Shown: one piece after another, positions 32,747 through 43,248 of the stretch | How the letters are laid out: every line of letters begins with the position of its first letter | How positions within the stretch are numbered: position 1 is the stretch's first letter | Source of the DNA: an uncultured Ignavibacteriota bacterium | GTDB taxonomy: Bacteria; Bacteroidota; Ignavibacteria; Palsa-1295 | NCBI GenBank assembly: GCA_903900335.1 | Contig: CAIUMP010000021.1 | Location: 44,075-108,074, forward strand | Direction of reading: 5' to 3' | DNA length: 64,000 nucleotides | Notes under the pieces: model-generated | Seen by the model: only the letters and a program-made list of their open reading frames with translations | What the model was told of the DNA's origin: nothing | The model's database searches: none | Translations under genes and position numbers: made by a program

Positions 32747-35284
32747 ATGCATCATTTCTCGCGTCTTCTAATCGCTTTCGTTCTTTGTGCTCTCGCGTTG
32801 CCGCTGCGTGCTCAGTATCTCGGCTGGGACTATCAGGAGCAGGCCCGCACACATACGACCGATGTCCAGAACATCGAAATGCACATCTCCTTCGATCAGC
32901 CAGCCAAGCGGATCATGGGGACAGTCTATCACCGTCTGCAGATTCTCCCTCAGCGCGATCCCGTGACGGATATTGTCTTTGACGCCAAAGATATGACGAT
33001 TGAGAAAGTGTGGGTCCAGGACGGGAAGAAGCAGACCCCGCTGACATTTGACACCAGCGAGAGTGGCAAGCTTCGCATGACACTTGACAAAGTGCATCCG
33101 AACAATACACCGTTTACGATCGGAATCCAATACTGGGCGAAGCCGAAGAAGGGCATGTACTTTATACAGGCGGATACCTTCTACACGCAGCGTACACCGG
33201 AGATCTGGACGCAGGGCGAAGGTGAAGATAACCGTTATTGGCTGCCCTGCTACGATTATCCCAACGACAAAGCTACGACGGAAATGTACGTGACCGTTCC
33301 GGCCGAACAGAAGGCACTCTCGAACGGACATCTGGTCTCGAAGGATAAGAACAAGGACGGCACAGTGACGTGGCATTACAAGGAAGATAAACCCTACTCG
33401 AGCTATCTCATCATGCTCGGTATCGGCGACTACGAAGTGCCGAAGGATAAGTGGCGCGGCAAGGACGTAGAGTATTGGGTCTATCCGGGTTGGAGTAAAG
33501 AAGCGAATCGCATTTTTGGTTTGACGCCGAAGATGCTGGAGTTCTACTCGACCAAGACAGGCTTCCCGTACGCGTGGGAGAAGTATGCGCAGATCGCCAT
33601 CGAGGATTTCATGTATGGTGGGATGGAAAACGTCTCGGCCACCACGATGAACGATTATATCCTATTCGATAAACGCTCTGGCGTGGATTTCAACGCGGAG
33701 GGCTTGATTGCGCATGAGCTAGCCCATCAGTGGTTCGGCGATGTGCTCACCTGCCGCTCGTGGATACACATGTGGTTGAATGAATCCTTTGCGACGTATT
33801 TCGAGGCGCTCTTCCGTGAATTCAATGATGGCAAGGATGAATTTGACGAGGAGATGTACGGCGCGCAGCTGGCCGGAATTAACGCTGAGACCGGCGAACG
33901 TGGAAAGAAGCCGATCGTGGCTCCCAATAACTACACCGCCAATCACTATCCACGTGGGGCAGCAACGCTAAACATGGTTCGCCACATCCTGGGTGACACC
34001 GGCTGGTGGAAGTCCATCCATCATTATTTAGATGCACACCAGTTCCAGCCTGTAGTGACCGATGATCTGAAGATGGCCATCGAAGAGACGACCGGGCAGA
34101 ACCTGCAGTGGTTCTTCGATGAGTGGATATACAAATCCGGGCATCCTGTCTTTGATGTCACATATGAGTACGATGATGCGGCGAAAGTTGTTCGTATGAC
34201 GGTGGTGCAAAATCAGGCGCACGATTCACTCACTGGCACATTCAAAATGCCTGTGGATGTCGAACTGACGATGCCGGATGGCACGACCCGAATGGAGACA
34301 ATCCGCATCGCGGACTCCGTGCAGAAGTTTACGATCATCTCACCTCAGAAGCCAGTGATGGTGATCTTTGACAAAGGTAACACGCTTATCAAGGAATTGC
34401 ATATCCATAAGGAGCCTGGAGAGTGGATCTACCAGTTGAACCATGCAAAGCTCGCGATCGAGCGCTCGCAGGCAGTGATGAACATGGTTCGCGAGCCACT
34501 CTTTGCGCACGAAGATCCTGCGAACGATGCCAGAAGCAGCCAAACGAACGAGATGTTCGCGGCCCTAAAGTACTCCGTCCAGCACGACCCGTTCTGGGCC
34601 GTGCGATTGCATGCTCTGAACACGTTGGCAAAGTTTGCAGATCCGACTCACAAGATCGAAGATGTGCTCGCTAACATCGCACTGCACGATGAGAAAAATG
34701 ATGTCCGGGCGCAGGCAGTGGAATACTTGGCTCGTTACTCTACAAGCGCGGTAGCGATGCCTACACTGATCACCGTTCTGGAAAAAGACTCAAGCTATCA
34801 CGTTGTTGGGAATGCACTTAAGGCGCTCTTCAAGTTCGATCCGGAGCGTGCGTTCCAGTTCGCACACGCCTATTTGAAGACTGGCTCGCCGCGTGACAGA
34901 ATGCGTCAGTCCGCGATCGAGATTTTGGAGATGACGAAGAATCGGCAATCACTGAATGAACTGATCCAGATGGTGGGGACGCATGATGTGCCGAAGCACA
35001 CGCGCTACAACCTCATCGAGTCTATAGCAAAGTTTGCGGAAGTGGATTCCGCGCTCGTATATAAGACGCTTTGGATCCTGGCCGACAATGGTGATCTCCC
35101 GATTCGTGGCGTGGCACTCAATCGCCTCGCAGACATGGGCGGTGAGCCAACCTTGCGTCAGTTGGAGGCGCAAGCGGCTACCCGACCGGAGATGAAGGTA
35201 ACGTATGATGCCTTGCTCAAGCGGATGCGGTTGCGACTTGGTGTGCCGGAGCCGCCGGAATCAGACCCAACCAACAACAAGTAA
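32747..35284 (+). CDS. Exported M1 family aminopeptidase with C-terminal HEAT repeats
   Basis: Signal peptide; GGMEN, HELAHQWFG..WLNESFATY, YPRGA; HEAT-like helical repeats. Confidence 0.93.
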   Translation: MHHFSRLLIAFVLCALALPLRAQYLGWDYQEQARTHTTDVQNIEMHISFDQPAKRIMGTVYHRLQILPQRDPVTDIVFDAKDMTIEKVWVQDGKKQTPLTFDTSESGKLRMTLDKVHPNNTPFTIGIQYWAKPKKGMYFIQADTFYTQRTPEIWTQGEGEDNRYWLPCYDYPNDKATTEMYVTVPAEQKALSNGHLVSKDKNKDGTVTWHYKEDKPYSSYLIMLGIGDYEVPKDKWRGKDVEYWVYPGWSKEANRIFGLTPKMLEFYSTKTGFPYAWEKYAQIAIEDFMYGGMENVSATTMNDYILFDKRSGVDFNAEGLIAHELAHQWFGDVLTCRSWIHMWLNESFATYFEALFREFNDGKDEFDEEMYGAQLAGINAETGERGKKPIVAPNNYTANHYPRGAATLNMVRHILGDTGWWKSIHHYLDAHQFQPVVTDDLKMAIEETTGQNLQWFFDEWIYKSGHPVFDVTYEYDDAAKVVRMTVVQNQAHDSLTGTFKMPVDVELTMPDGTTRMETIRIADSVQKFTIISPQKPVMVIFDKGNTLIKELHIHKEPGEWIYQLNHAKLAIERSQAVMNMVREPLFAHEDPANDARSSQTNEMFAALKYSVQHDPFWAVRLHALNTLAKFADPTHKIEDVLANIALHDEKNDVRAQAVEYLARYSTSAVAMPTLITVLEKDSSYHVVGNALKALFKFDPERAFQFAHAYLKTGSPRDRMRQSAIEILEMTKNRQSLNELIQMVGTHDVPKHTRYNLIESIAKFAEVDSALVYKTLWILADNGDLPIRGVALNRLADMGGEPTLRQLEAQAATRPEMKVTYDALLKRMRLRLGVPEPPESDPTNNK

Positions 35285-35824
35285 CACCGCGCCTGCGACG
35301 GCGAGCGCGAGCGAGCCGTACCAGACGAATTTCTGCGACAGCAGCGCCGCGATCGCCGACAAAGCAATGGCGATCTGGAAAAGGGTGACAGCAATGGCGA
35401 GCTTGTGATGATGTTCCATAAGGAGGTCGGACCGTGTGTCGGCCTCCTTTGTTTTTTGTTCGAAGGCTCTCGCTGCGAGCGCGATAGAGTCTTGTTGCAA
35501 ATGATAGCGGTATGCTTCCTTGGCGAGACTGCTGTCATGATACTGCCGGAAGAATGCATCGTCCAAGTTCTTTTTCAGCCCCTTGGATTGATACAGATTC
35601 CAAATATCCGTGGCTCTGCTTGTGCTAAGGATGGCATTGTTCTTTTCGAGAATGGCCTCATTGGCGTATTGCCCGGACAAGAGTGAAGCAATGGCAGCGC
35701 AGACGGCGATCAGCGCCGTGGATAGCGCAAGATACCGCCGCCAACCCTGGCCGTGCTCGGTGCTATGCTCCACAGCATGCTCCAAATGTTCACGTAGTTC
35801 GAGTGCGTCGTTGTCGTCTTCCAT
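35261..35824 (-). CDS. DUF4337 family membrane protein
   Basis: LALSTALIAVCAAIASL, ATDIWNLYQSK, AVTLFQIAIALSAIAAL. Confidence 0.85.
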   Translation of the reverse strand: MEDDNDALELREHLEHAVEHSTEHGQGWRRYLALSTALIAVCAAIASLLSGQYANEAILEKNNAILSTSRATDIWNLYQSKGLKKNLDDAFFRQYHDSSLAKEAYRYHLQQDSIALAARAFEQKTKEADTRSDLLMEHHHKLAIAVTLFQIAIALSAIAALLSQKFVWYGSLALAVAGAVLLVVGWV

Positions 35825-35847
35825 ATCAATAAAGTGAGGACTACTCT

Positions 35848-36594
35848 TCAGACTGTGTGCTTCCGGTACCGCTCTAATTTGAACATCTCTCCCAAATACA
35901 AGCGACGAATTTCTTCATCATTGGCTAACTCCTCTGCGCTACCTGCGCGATAGATCGTGCCGTCTATGAGGATATAGGCGCGATCCGTGATAGAGAGCGT
36001 TTCGTGGACGTTGTGGTCGGTGATGAGGATGCCGATGCCGCGGTCCTTCAAGCGAAGTACGATCTGCATGATCTCCTCGACGGTGATAGGGTCGATGCCG
36101 GCGAAGGGCTCGTCGAGCAGGATGTAGTTAGGATTTGTCGCGAGTGAGCGGGCGATTTCGCAACGGCGTCGCTCGCCGCCGGAGAGCATGTAGCCGTGGG
36201 ATTTGCGAATGGCGGTGATGTTGAATTCTTCGAGGAGTTCGTCGGTGCGAGCGTGGCGCTGCTTGCTGGAGAGAGGCATGAGTTCGAGCACCGAGAGGAG
36301 GTTTTCCTCGACGGTCATCTTGCGGAAGATGGACGCCTCTTGAGGCAGATAACCAATGCCTTTGCGGGCGCGGGCGTACATAGGCAGCGCGGTGATGTCC
36401 TCGCCATCGAGCAGCACGCGGCCTTCGTCCGGCTTGACGAGTCCCGTGATCATGTAGAAGGTGGTCGTCTTGCCAGCGCCGTTTGGGCCGAGAAGACCCA
36501 CGATCTCGCCCGGCTCGACCGATACGCTGGAGTCCTTGACGACCGTGCGCTTGCCGTAGATTTTTTTGAGATGCTCGGAGTGAAGTTGCCGCAT
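35848..36594 (-). CDS. lptB: LPS export ABC transporter ATP-binding protein
   Basis: [55 protein letters not shown]. Confidence 0.97.
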   Translation of the reverse strand: MRQLHSEHLKKIYGKRTVVKDSSVSVEPGEIVGLLGPNGAGKTTTFYMITGLVKPDEGRVLLDGEDITALPMYARARKGIGYLPQEASIFRKMTVEENLLSVLELMPLSSKQRHARTDELLEEFNITAIRKSHGYMLSGGERRRCEIARSLATNPNYILLDEPFAGIDPITVEEIMQIVLRLKDRGIGILITDHNVHETLSITDRAYILIDGTIYRAGSAEELANDEEIRRLYLGEMFKLERYRKHTV

Positions 36595-36607
36595 GAGGAG
36601 ATAACTG

Positions 36608-38221
36608 CTATTGGGTGAGCTTTGGTTTGGAGGGCTTTTTGTCTGGGATCGTGAGCATGGGGGTTGCCCCAGCGCCAGTCACGCTTTTTGTATCAAGGCT
36701 CTTCGGCAAAGGCGGTGGAAGGAGCCAGGGCATGACGAACTCCTGACGATACGGCCGCAGATCGACGTGGCGCTCATAGTCATTCAACCGGAATCCCGCA
36801 GCGCGGTTGCCGACAAATCTCTCCGGAAAATACTCACCCTCGGTGCCGGAGATGATGGCAAGCCGCTTGACCGATTTGTTCTTGAAGTCGATGCGAATGG
36901 TATCGCCGCTTGCGCGATTGACACCGTCTGGCTTGCCATCGCTAACTGCAAAGTATATTGAGAGAGCATTCGAGCGGTCATAAAGACAGCGAGCGGTATC
37001 CTTCTCGACGACGAGCATCATAGATTCTCCTTCGAGCTGATTCATTCTGCCCGAATTGGGGAATTCGTCCACCGGGCTGGTGGCGAATGCATGACCGACA
37101 GCAAAAACTCGCTTGACATGGTGATCTTTCATGAGCATTGCAACGCTATCGGCGTCAATCTCGGTGCTGTCGTTCCAGACTCGCTGGCGCTTGGCGTGAA
37201 ACACATTGATGATGTCTCTAACCTGATCGAAATCCATTCTGCCACCAATGAGGCTGAAGCCTGATCGCAACATACGAACGCTGTCGATAGCCACAAAATG
37301 TGCCGAGTCACCTTGATACATCTTCATCGTATCAGCCCGCAGGAACATCGTGTCGAAGACAGTACGCACGATCTGCTCACTGTCCCGCTCCTGGCTGCTG
37401 TCGATGTAGTAGAGGAGAGGCCGCCCTGGAACAACGGTGAAATTCGTCTTCGCAAATCGAGCGAGCGTGTCTCCGAAAATGATGGTCTTATTGCGAATGT
37501 CCTCCACACTGACATGTCCTCGAGCATTCATCTCGCCGCGCGCTTTGGAATCGTAAAACCAATCGGAGGCGAGACGAACCGAATCGTTGGATAGATGAAC
37601 TCTCCCCTTAGCTGTTGTCTCATCAAGGGCTTGAAGATGGATAATGGTGTCAGCGGAGAGCGAACCGGAGTCGCTCTTTACTTCTGCATTGCCAAGCAAG
37701 ATGGATGTCTGCGTGGAACGATAATACTGGAGGTGGTCAGAGAGGCTTGTCGTCTTGTGCTGAGTGACGGTAACATGCCGATGGAAGTTAGCCATCTGGC
37801 GATAGCTGTCATAGTCGCCCATGCCAGCGGTGAGTTCGATGTCGCGGTCGAAGAGCCGGACGTTTCCCTCGGCGTGTCCGACGCCGGTGGAGTCATCGAA
37901 GACAAGATATGGAGCGTATAGCGAGAGAGTATCCTGATGGATCTCAACATTGCCGACGAGTTCGAGGCGGTGACCCGCGGTATATTGAATTGCTTTGTCC
38001 GCCGAACCATACAGTGGCCCCTGCACGAACCGCACGTGCCCGAACATTTGTTTGACAGGCTCACCATTGATCACGTCGGCGGCAAGGCTATCGCCAGTGA
38101 CAGTAACAGGCTCACGCTTCTGCCCGTACACTCCTGAGGCAAGAAGCGCCAGCACGAGCGCCACCATCAGACGTGCGAGTCCTGGCTGGCGGCGAGTGGC
38201 GGAGAAAATGCTGGATGACAA
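36608..38221 (-). CDS. OstA/LptA-like repeat protein (beta-jellyroll, LPS transport)
   Basis: Signal peptide; repeated G-N/H-V strands followed by xD(S/T) turns; directly upstream of lptB. Confidence 0.8.
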   Translation of the reverse strand: MSSSIFSATRRQPGLARLMVALVLALLASGVYGQKREPVTVTGDSLAADVINGEPVKQMFGHVRFVQGPLYGSADKAIQYTAGHRLELVGNVEIHQDTLSLYAPYLVFDDSTGVGHAEGNVRLFDRDIELTAGMGDYDSYRQMANFHRHVTVTQHKTTSLSDHLQYYRSTQTSILLGNAEVKSDSGSLSADTIIHLQALDETTAKGRVHLSNDSVRLASDWFYDSKARGEMNARGHVSVEDIRNKTIIFGDTLARFAKTNFTVVPGRPLLYYIDSSQERDSEQIVRTVFDTMFLRADTMKMYQGDSAHFVAIDSVRMLRSGFSLIGGRMDFDQVRDIINVFHAKRQRVWNDSTEIDADSVAMLMKDHHVKRVFAVGHAFATSPVDEFPNSGRMNQLEGESMMLVVEKDTARCLYDRSNALSIYFAVSDGKPDGVNRASGDTIRIDFKNKSVKRLAIISGTEGEYFPERFVGNRAAGFRLNDYERHVDLRPYRQEFVMPWLLPPPLPKSLDTKSVTGAGATPMLTIPDKKPSKPKLTQ

Positions 38222-38260
38222 ACGACCTCTTTTTCTGATTTTCGAACGAACGCTTAGGTT

Positions 38261-39580
38261 ATGGCAATCAATCCGAACAAACTAACGGTCAAGACGCAGG
38301 AAGCGCTTCAGGCAGCCGTGGAGATCGCATCGAATTACGGAAATAATCAAATTGAGCCGGAGCACCTCCTCGCCGCGCTGATCCAGGATCCCGAAGGCGT
38401 AGCGACCTCCGTTCTGCGGAAGATAGGCGTTAATATTGACTCGCTCCGCATCCGCGTTACGGGCGCGATGGAGAAGCTGCCGAAAGTTACCGGTGTGCCA
38501 GGCGCAAATCAGTTTGCTTCGAACAATCTGAACAAGCTCTTCGATAATGCTCTCAAGGAAGCGGAATCGCTCAAGGATGAGTACGTATCCACTGAGCATT
38601 TGTTGCTCGCTTTCCTCGATGGCAATACACCGGTTACGAAGCTGCTGAAGGAGAGCGGTGTTTCGAAGAACGCTGTTCTCACCGCGCTCCAATCTGTCCG
38701 CGGCACACAGCGCGTGACCGACCAGAACGCGGAAGACCGCTACCAATCGCTGGAAAAGTATGGCCGCGATCTCACCGAGGCCGCAAAGAAGGGCAAGCTT
38801 GACCCCGTCATCGGACGCGAGGAAGAGATTCGGCGCGTGATGCAAGTGCTATCCCGCCGGACGAAGAATAATCCTGTGCTTATAGGCGACCCGGGAGTGG
38901 GGAAGACTGCGATTGTTGAAGGGATTGCTAATCGGATTGCGTCGGGTGATGTGCCGGAAGGATTGAAGAGCAAGCGCATTGTTGCGCTTGATATGGGCAC
39001 GCTCGTTGCGGGTACGAGTTTTCGGGGGCAATTCGAAGAGCGATTGAAAGCGATCATGAAAGAAGTGGTGGAGTCTGCGGGAGAGATCATTCTCTTCATT
39101 GACGAACTCCACACACTCATCGGAGCTGGTGCAACAGGGGGTGCGATGGACGCTGCGAATATCCTCAAACCTGCGCTCGCTCGCGGAGAGCTTCATGCCA
39201 TCGGCGCGACAACCCTTGACGAATATCGCAAGCATATAGAAAAAGACGCTGCGCTCGAACGTCGATTCCAACCCGTGTTCGTGGGCGAACCAAGCGTAGA
39301 AGATACCATCTCCATTCTCCGTGGCTTGCAGGAGAAGTACGAAGTTCATCACGGCGTCCGCATTCGCGACGCCGCGCTCATCGCAGCCGCGCAGCTATCT
39401 GATCGCTACATCGCCGACAGATTTTTACCCGATAAGGCAATTGATCTCGTTGATGAAGCTGCAAGCAAACTTCGCATCGAGATCGATTCGATGCCGGTGG
39501 AGTTAGATACTATTGAGCGCACGATTCGGAAGTTGGAGATCGAGCGTGAAGCACTCAAGCGTGAGTTATCCGCTGTATAA
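38261..39580 (+). CDS. clpB: ClpB N-terminal half only (Clp-N repeats, NBD1 and start of the middle domain)
   Basis: [63 protein letters not shown]. Ends [15 protein letters not shown]-stop at 439 aa, with no NBD2. Confidence 0.9.
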   Translation: MAINPNKLTVKTQEALQAAVEIASNYGNNQIEPEHLLAALIQDPEGVATSVLRKIGVNIDSLRIRVTGAMEKLPKVTGVPGANQFASNNLNKLFDNALKEAESLKDEYVSTEHLLLAFLDGNTPVTKLLKESGVSKNAVLTALQSVRGTQRVTDQNAEDRYQSLEKYGRDLTEAAKKGKLDPVIGREEEIRRVMQVLSRRTKNNPVLIGDPGVGKTAIVEGIANRIASGDVPEGLKSKRIVALDMGTLVAGTSFRGQFEERLKAIMKEVVESAGEIILFIDELHTLIGAGATGGAMDAANILKPALARGELHAIGATTLDEYRKHIEKDAALERRFQPVFVGEPSVEDTISILRGLQEKYEVHHGVRIRDAALIAAAQLSDRYIADRFLPDKAIDLVDEAASKLRIEIDSMPVELDTIERTIRKLEIEREALKRELSAV

Positions 39581-39630
39581 GGCATCGGTAACATCTCGTA
39601 CTTCCGATTACACGTTCAGAATACTACCGA

Positions 39631-40338
39631 GTGTACAAGGTATATTGTGATTTCGACGAGACCGTCACCCAGCGTGATGTTGGGCTGCAAATCCTCCAAC
39701 GCTTCGGAACGCCATTAGCAACGGAAGTGTGGGCAGATCTGGAAAACGGCTCGGAAAGTGCTGCGGAGTGCTACCGAATTGCTTGCGGGACGGTAGAACA
39801 TGCTGATCGCTCAGCTTTTGAAAAATTGATCGATGAACAGCACCTAAGGCCTGGGTTTCTGGAGTTCGTGCAATTCTGCAAAGAGTGTGCTATTGAAGTT
39901 CATATCGTCAGCGACGGGCTCAGCGCATACATTCGACGCATTCTTGAAAAACACGGGCTCGGTCATCTGCCAGTCTGGACGAACAAGGTTGAACTCTTGG
40001 AAGACGGAAGCCTGTCTGTCGAATTTCCGAATGAACGGGAGGGATGCAGGCGCTGCGCCTCCTGCAAGTGTGCGAGATTGCTAACATCGAGCGCAGACGA
40101 GGATACGATTGTCTATGTGGGTGATGGTTATTCGGATCACTGCCCGGTCCGCATGGCAGATGTCGTGTTTGCGCGCGCGACACTTTTGAGGCAGTGCGGA
40201 GAGTTAGGAATCCCGCATCATCCATTTTCGGACTTCCACGAAGTACAAGCAATATTGCAGAACTACCTCCGAGACCGCCCGAAGTACCGCCGCGAACAAG
40301 CGCACCGGAGGCGGAATGAATTGATAATGATGGAATAG
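39631..40338 (+). CDS. MtnX-like HAD-IB family phosphatase
   Basis: CDFDETVT, IVSDG, CASCK, YVGDGYSDHCP..ADVVFAR. Confidence 0.85.
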   Translation: MYKVYCDFDETVTQRDVGLQILQRFGTPLATEVWADLENGSESAAECYRIACGTVEHADRSAFEKLIDEQHLRPGFLEFVQFCKECAIEVHIVSDGLSAYIRRILEKHGLGHLPVWTNKVELLEDGSLSVEFPNEREGCRRCASCKCARLLTSSADEDTIVYVGDGYSDHCPVRMADVVFARATLLRQCGELGIPHHPFSDFHEVQAILQNYLRDRPKYRREQAHRRRNELIMME

Positions 40339-40339
40339 C

Positions 40340-41071
40340 GTGATCATTCGTCCGACAATCTTCGAACAATTTCCCGAAATCATCGCCGCGCAATCGACGC
40401 GGCTTGGCGGCGTTTCACCCGAGCCGTTCGGGATGAACCTCAGTAGCCATGTCGGTGATGAGCAGGCAAACGTCGATGAGAACCGGCGACTGTATTATTC
40501 CGCCATTGGGATCGGGGAGGATGCGAAGAAAGTCTATCAGAATCAGGTTCACTCCGCAAATGTCGCAGTGGCTATCGGCGATGAGGGGGTGGTGAAGGAG
40601 AATGATGCGCTCATTACATCCGAAGCCAATGTGCTGCTCGGCGTCACGGTTGCTGATTGCACTCCAATATTGCTATGCGATCCCGTTACAAATCTCATCG
40701 CAGCAATCCACGCTGGCTGGCGGGGGACGGAACAGATGATCACACTTGCGACGGTCCGCAGAATGCTCTCGCTGGGTGCGCGGCCTGAAAACATTTTTGC
40801 CTTCATCGGAGCAAGCGCATCATTGGAGAAATACGAGGTCGGTCTTGAGGTTGCAACGTTGTTTGAATCCAGACACACTAGGGAGCTAGGTAACAACAAG
40901 TTTCTCCTTGACGTGAAGACGGCGAACCTAGACCAGCTGCTGTATGCGGGAATTCCTCGTGAGCAGATCGAGGTCTCACCTCTCTGCACCATTTCCGATG
41001 AGCGATTGCATTCTTACCGGCGAGATGGTAAGAAGTCGGGAAGAATGTTGGCTGTCATCATTAGACAATAA
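40340..41071 (+). CDS. pgeF: PgeF/YfiH family protein (laccase-domain purine nucleoside enzyme)
   Basis: STRLGGVS, QVHS, DALIT, VADCTPIL, HAGWRG, CT..HSYRR..GRM. Confidence 0.92.
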   Translation: MIIRPTIFEQFPEIIAAQSTRLGGVSPEPFGMNLSSHVGDEQANVDENRRLYYSAIGIGEDAKKVYQNQVHSANVAVAIGDEGVVKENDALITSEANVLLGVTVADCTPILLCDPVTNLIAAIHAGWRGTEQMITLATVRRMLSLGARPENIFAFIGASASLEKYEVGLEVATLFESRHTRELGNNKFLLDVKTANLDQLLYAGIPREQIEVSPLCTISDERLHSYRRDGKKSGRMLAVIIRQ

Positions 41072-41123
41072 CTGAGCCTGAACGCAAGTAGGAAACAGTG
41101 TTTTCATCCAAGCTACCTTTAGC

Positions 41124-43013
41124 CTACTCCACTGTGACAGATTTTGCCAGATTCCTCGGCTGATCCACATTGCATCCACGCGCACATGCCATGTAATAGC
41201 TTAGAAGTTGCAGTGGCACCACAGAGAGCATTGGTGTGAAGAGCGACATTGTCCGCGGAATGTAGATCACCTGCTCTGCCAACTCCTTTATCTTCTCATC
41301 ACCCTCAGAGGCAATGGCGATGACGTGTCCCTTCCGCGCGCGGACTTCCTGGATATTCGAAAGTACCTTCTCATAGACCTCGTCGTGCGGGGCAATGATG
41401 ACCACCGGCATGTTCTCGTCGATGAGTGCGATCGGGCCGTGCTTCATCTCCGCAGCAGGATAGCCCTCTGCGTGGATGTAGGATATTTCTTTCAGCTTCA
41501 ATGCGCCTTCGAGCGCCACGGGATAGTTGTAGCCCCGACCAAGATAGAGGAAATTTGTTGCGTCCTTGAAGATTTCGGCGATCTCCTTGACTTGTTGCTC
41601 TGAGTCGTCGAGGATCCTCTGGACTTTCTCTGGAATGAGGAGAAGTTCGCGGATCATGGCGCGACCATCCACCACGGAGAGGTGGCGCATACGGCCCAGC
41701 ATGATGGTGAGCAAAGAGAGCACTGTTAGCTGAGAAGTGAATGCCTTTGTTGACGCGACTCCGATCTCCGGACCAGCATGAATATAGACACCGCCATCGG
41801 ACTCGCGCGCGATGGTCGAGCCAACGACATTCACTATTCCCAGGGCGCGAGCGCCTTTGCGTTTGCCCTCGCGCATCGCGGCAAGGGTGTCGGCGGTTTC
41901 CCCAGATTGGCTGATGCCAAACATCACGTCGTCGTCGCCAACGATGGGATTACGATAGCGGAATTCGCTGGCATATTCGATCTCCACCGGGATGCGCGCA
42001 TATTGCTCGATCATGTACTTACCAATCAGGCCAGCATGAAAGCTTGTTCCGCACGCCGTTAGGATAAGGCGCTTTGCGCGGCGCAGGTCACGGAGCTGAT
42101 TTTGCAGTCCGCCGAGCACGATGTCACCTTCCTCCTCAATAACACGGCCTCGCATGGCGTCCGTGATGGTGCGCGGCTGCTCGTGTATCTCTTTCAGCAT
42201 GAAGTGATCGAACCCGCTTTTTTCGATGGCTTCGAGCTCCATGTCGAGTACTTCAATGTTTTTGGTGATCTCGATATTGCTAATGGTTCGCGTCTTGATG
42301 CCGGAGCGCGAAACTGTCGCCATTTCGTTATCGGAGAGATAGATGACCTGCCGCGTATGGGCGATGATGGCCGCAGCATCACTTGCTACGAAATACTCAT
42401 TGTCGTTGCCGACGCCGATAACGAGGGGGGAGCCCTTGCGGGCGCAGACGATCTCGTTTGGATCATCTGCTGCCACGACAGCAATGCCGTAAGCACCGAC
42501 GACCTCGTTTAGGGCAAGCCGAACGGCTTCGGTCAGGCTACGCTCCTCGGAATAAAACTCACCAATGAGATGAGCGAGGACTTCGGTGTCGGTCTCGCTT
42601 CGAAACGTGTGTCCGCGGGCGGCGAGGCGATCCCTGATCTGACCATAATTTTCGATGATGCCATTATGGATAATGGCGAGCCGCTCGTTCTGATCCGTGT
42701 GAGGGTGCGAATTAATGTCGCTTGGGGCGCCATGAGTTGCCCAGCGAGTGTGGCCGATGCCGACGGTTGAGTGAATCGGTGTAAGCGCGGAAAGCTCTTC
42801 GAGCTCCGTGACCTTACCCCTGCACTTTTGAATCACAAGCCGGGTGCCAGTCACTAAGGCCGTTTCTGTGCCGTTGGAAGTGACGGCACGGGGGAGATCT
42901 TCAAGCAAGGCAAGTCCCGCCGAGTCATAGCCGCGATACTCCAGCCGTTTTAGTCCCGTAAGGAGGATGGGCGTTGCTTCGCGATAGCCGATATAACCTA
43001 CGATTCCGCACAT
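41124..43013 (-). CDS. glmS: Glutamine--fructose-6-phosphate transaminase (isomerizing)
   Basis: MCGIVGY, LEYRGYDSAG, GHTRWATHG, SQSGETADT, LKLKEISYIHAEG, DQPRNLAKSVTVE. Confidence 0.98.
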   Translation of the reverse strand: MCGIVGYIGYREATPILLTGLKRLEYRGYDSAGLALLEDLPRAVTSNGTETALVTGTRLVIQKCRGKVTELEELSALTPIHSTVGIGHTRWATHGAPSDINSHPHTDQNERLAIIHNGIIENYGQIRDRLAARGHTFRSETDTEVLAHLIGEFYSEERSLTEAVRLALNEVVGAYGIAVVAADDPNEIVCARKGSPLVIGVGNDNEYFVASDAAAIIAHTRQVIYLSDNEMATVSRSGIKTRTISNIEITKNIEVLDMELEAIEKSGFDHFMLKEIHEQPRTITDAMRGRVIEEEGDIVLGGLQNQLRDLRRAKRLILTACGTSFHAGLIGKYMIEQYARIPVEIEYASEFRYRNPIVGDDDVMFGISQSGETADTLAAMREGKRKGARALGIVNVVGSTIARESDGGVYIHAGPEIGVASTKAFTSQLTVLSLLTIMLGRMRHLSVVDGRAMIRELLLIPEKVQRILDDSEQQVKEIAEIFKDATNFLYLGRGYNYPVALEGALKLKEISYIHAEGYPAAEMKHGPIALIDENMPVVIIAPHDEVYEKVLSNIQEVRARKGHVIAIASEGDEKIKELAEQVIYIPRTMSLFTPMLSVVPLQLLSYYMACARGCNVDQPRNLAKSVTVE

Positions 43014-43168
43014 AGATGATTTCCGATTGAATGACCGTGAGCCTGAACAGCCAAGAAGGCTTGATTATGCTGCCTAAGACGAACAACTTGGTTGAATGTT
43101 CCGATTTCATCATTTGCGAATTCTCTTAGGTAATCGTAGAATTCAATGTGGGCCCTCCGATTCGGCGC

Positions 43169-43176
43169 TATTTTTG
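43169..43176 (+). promoter_or_regulatory. Candidate TAnnTTTG -7 element for the CDF transporter gene
   Basis: TATTTTTG about 70 nt upstream of ATG 43249. Confidence 0.4.
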
Positions 43177-43248
43177 CAAGCTAAGTCTAAATGACCCGGA
43201 GCAGGGAAAGCTCTGGGAATCCTCCCAAAACGAAAGTCATTCCGATAC

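Noticed and set aside
39560-39700. Frameshift or readthrough continuing clpB
   Set aside because: I see no ClpB-like sequence after the stop, and an unrelated intact gene starts at 39631.
43014-43175. Possible glmS ribozyme (minus strand has AATAGCGCC about 150 nt upstream of glmS)
   Set aside because: The downstream conserved core (GACGAGG, TTATCGA..TCGGCGG) is absent. The match also overlaps a plausible plus-strand promoter element for the CDF gene. An Infernal search with the glmS Rfam model would settle it.
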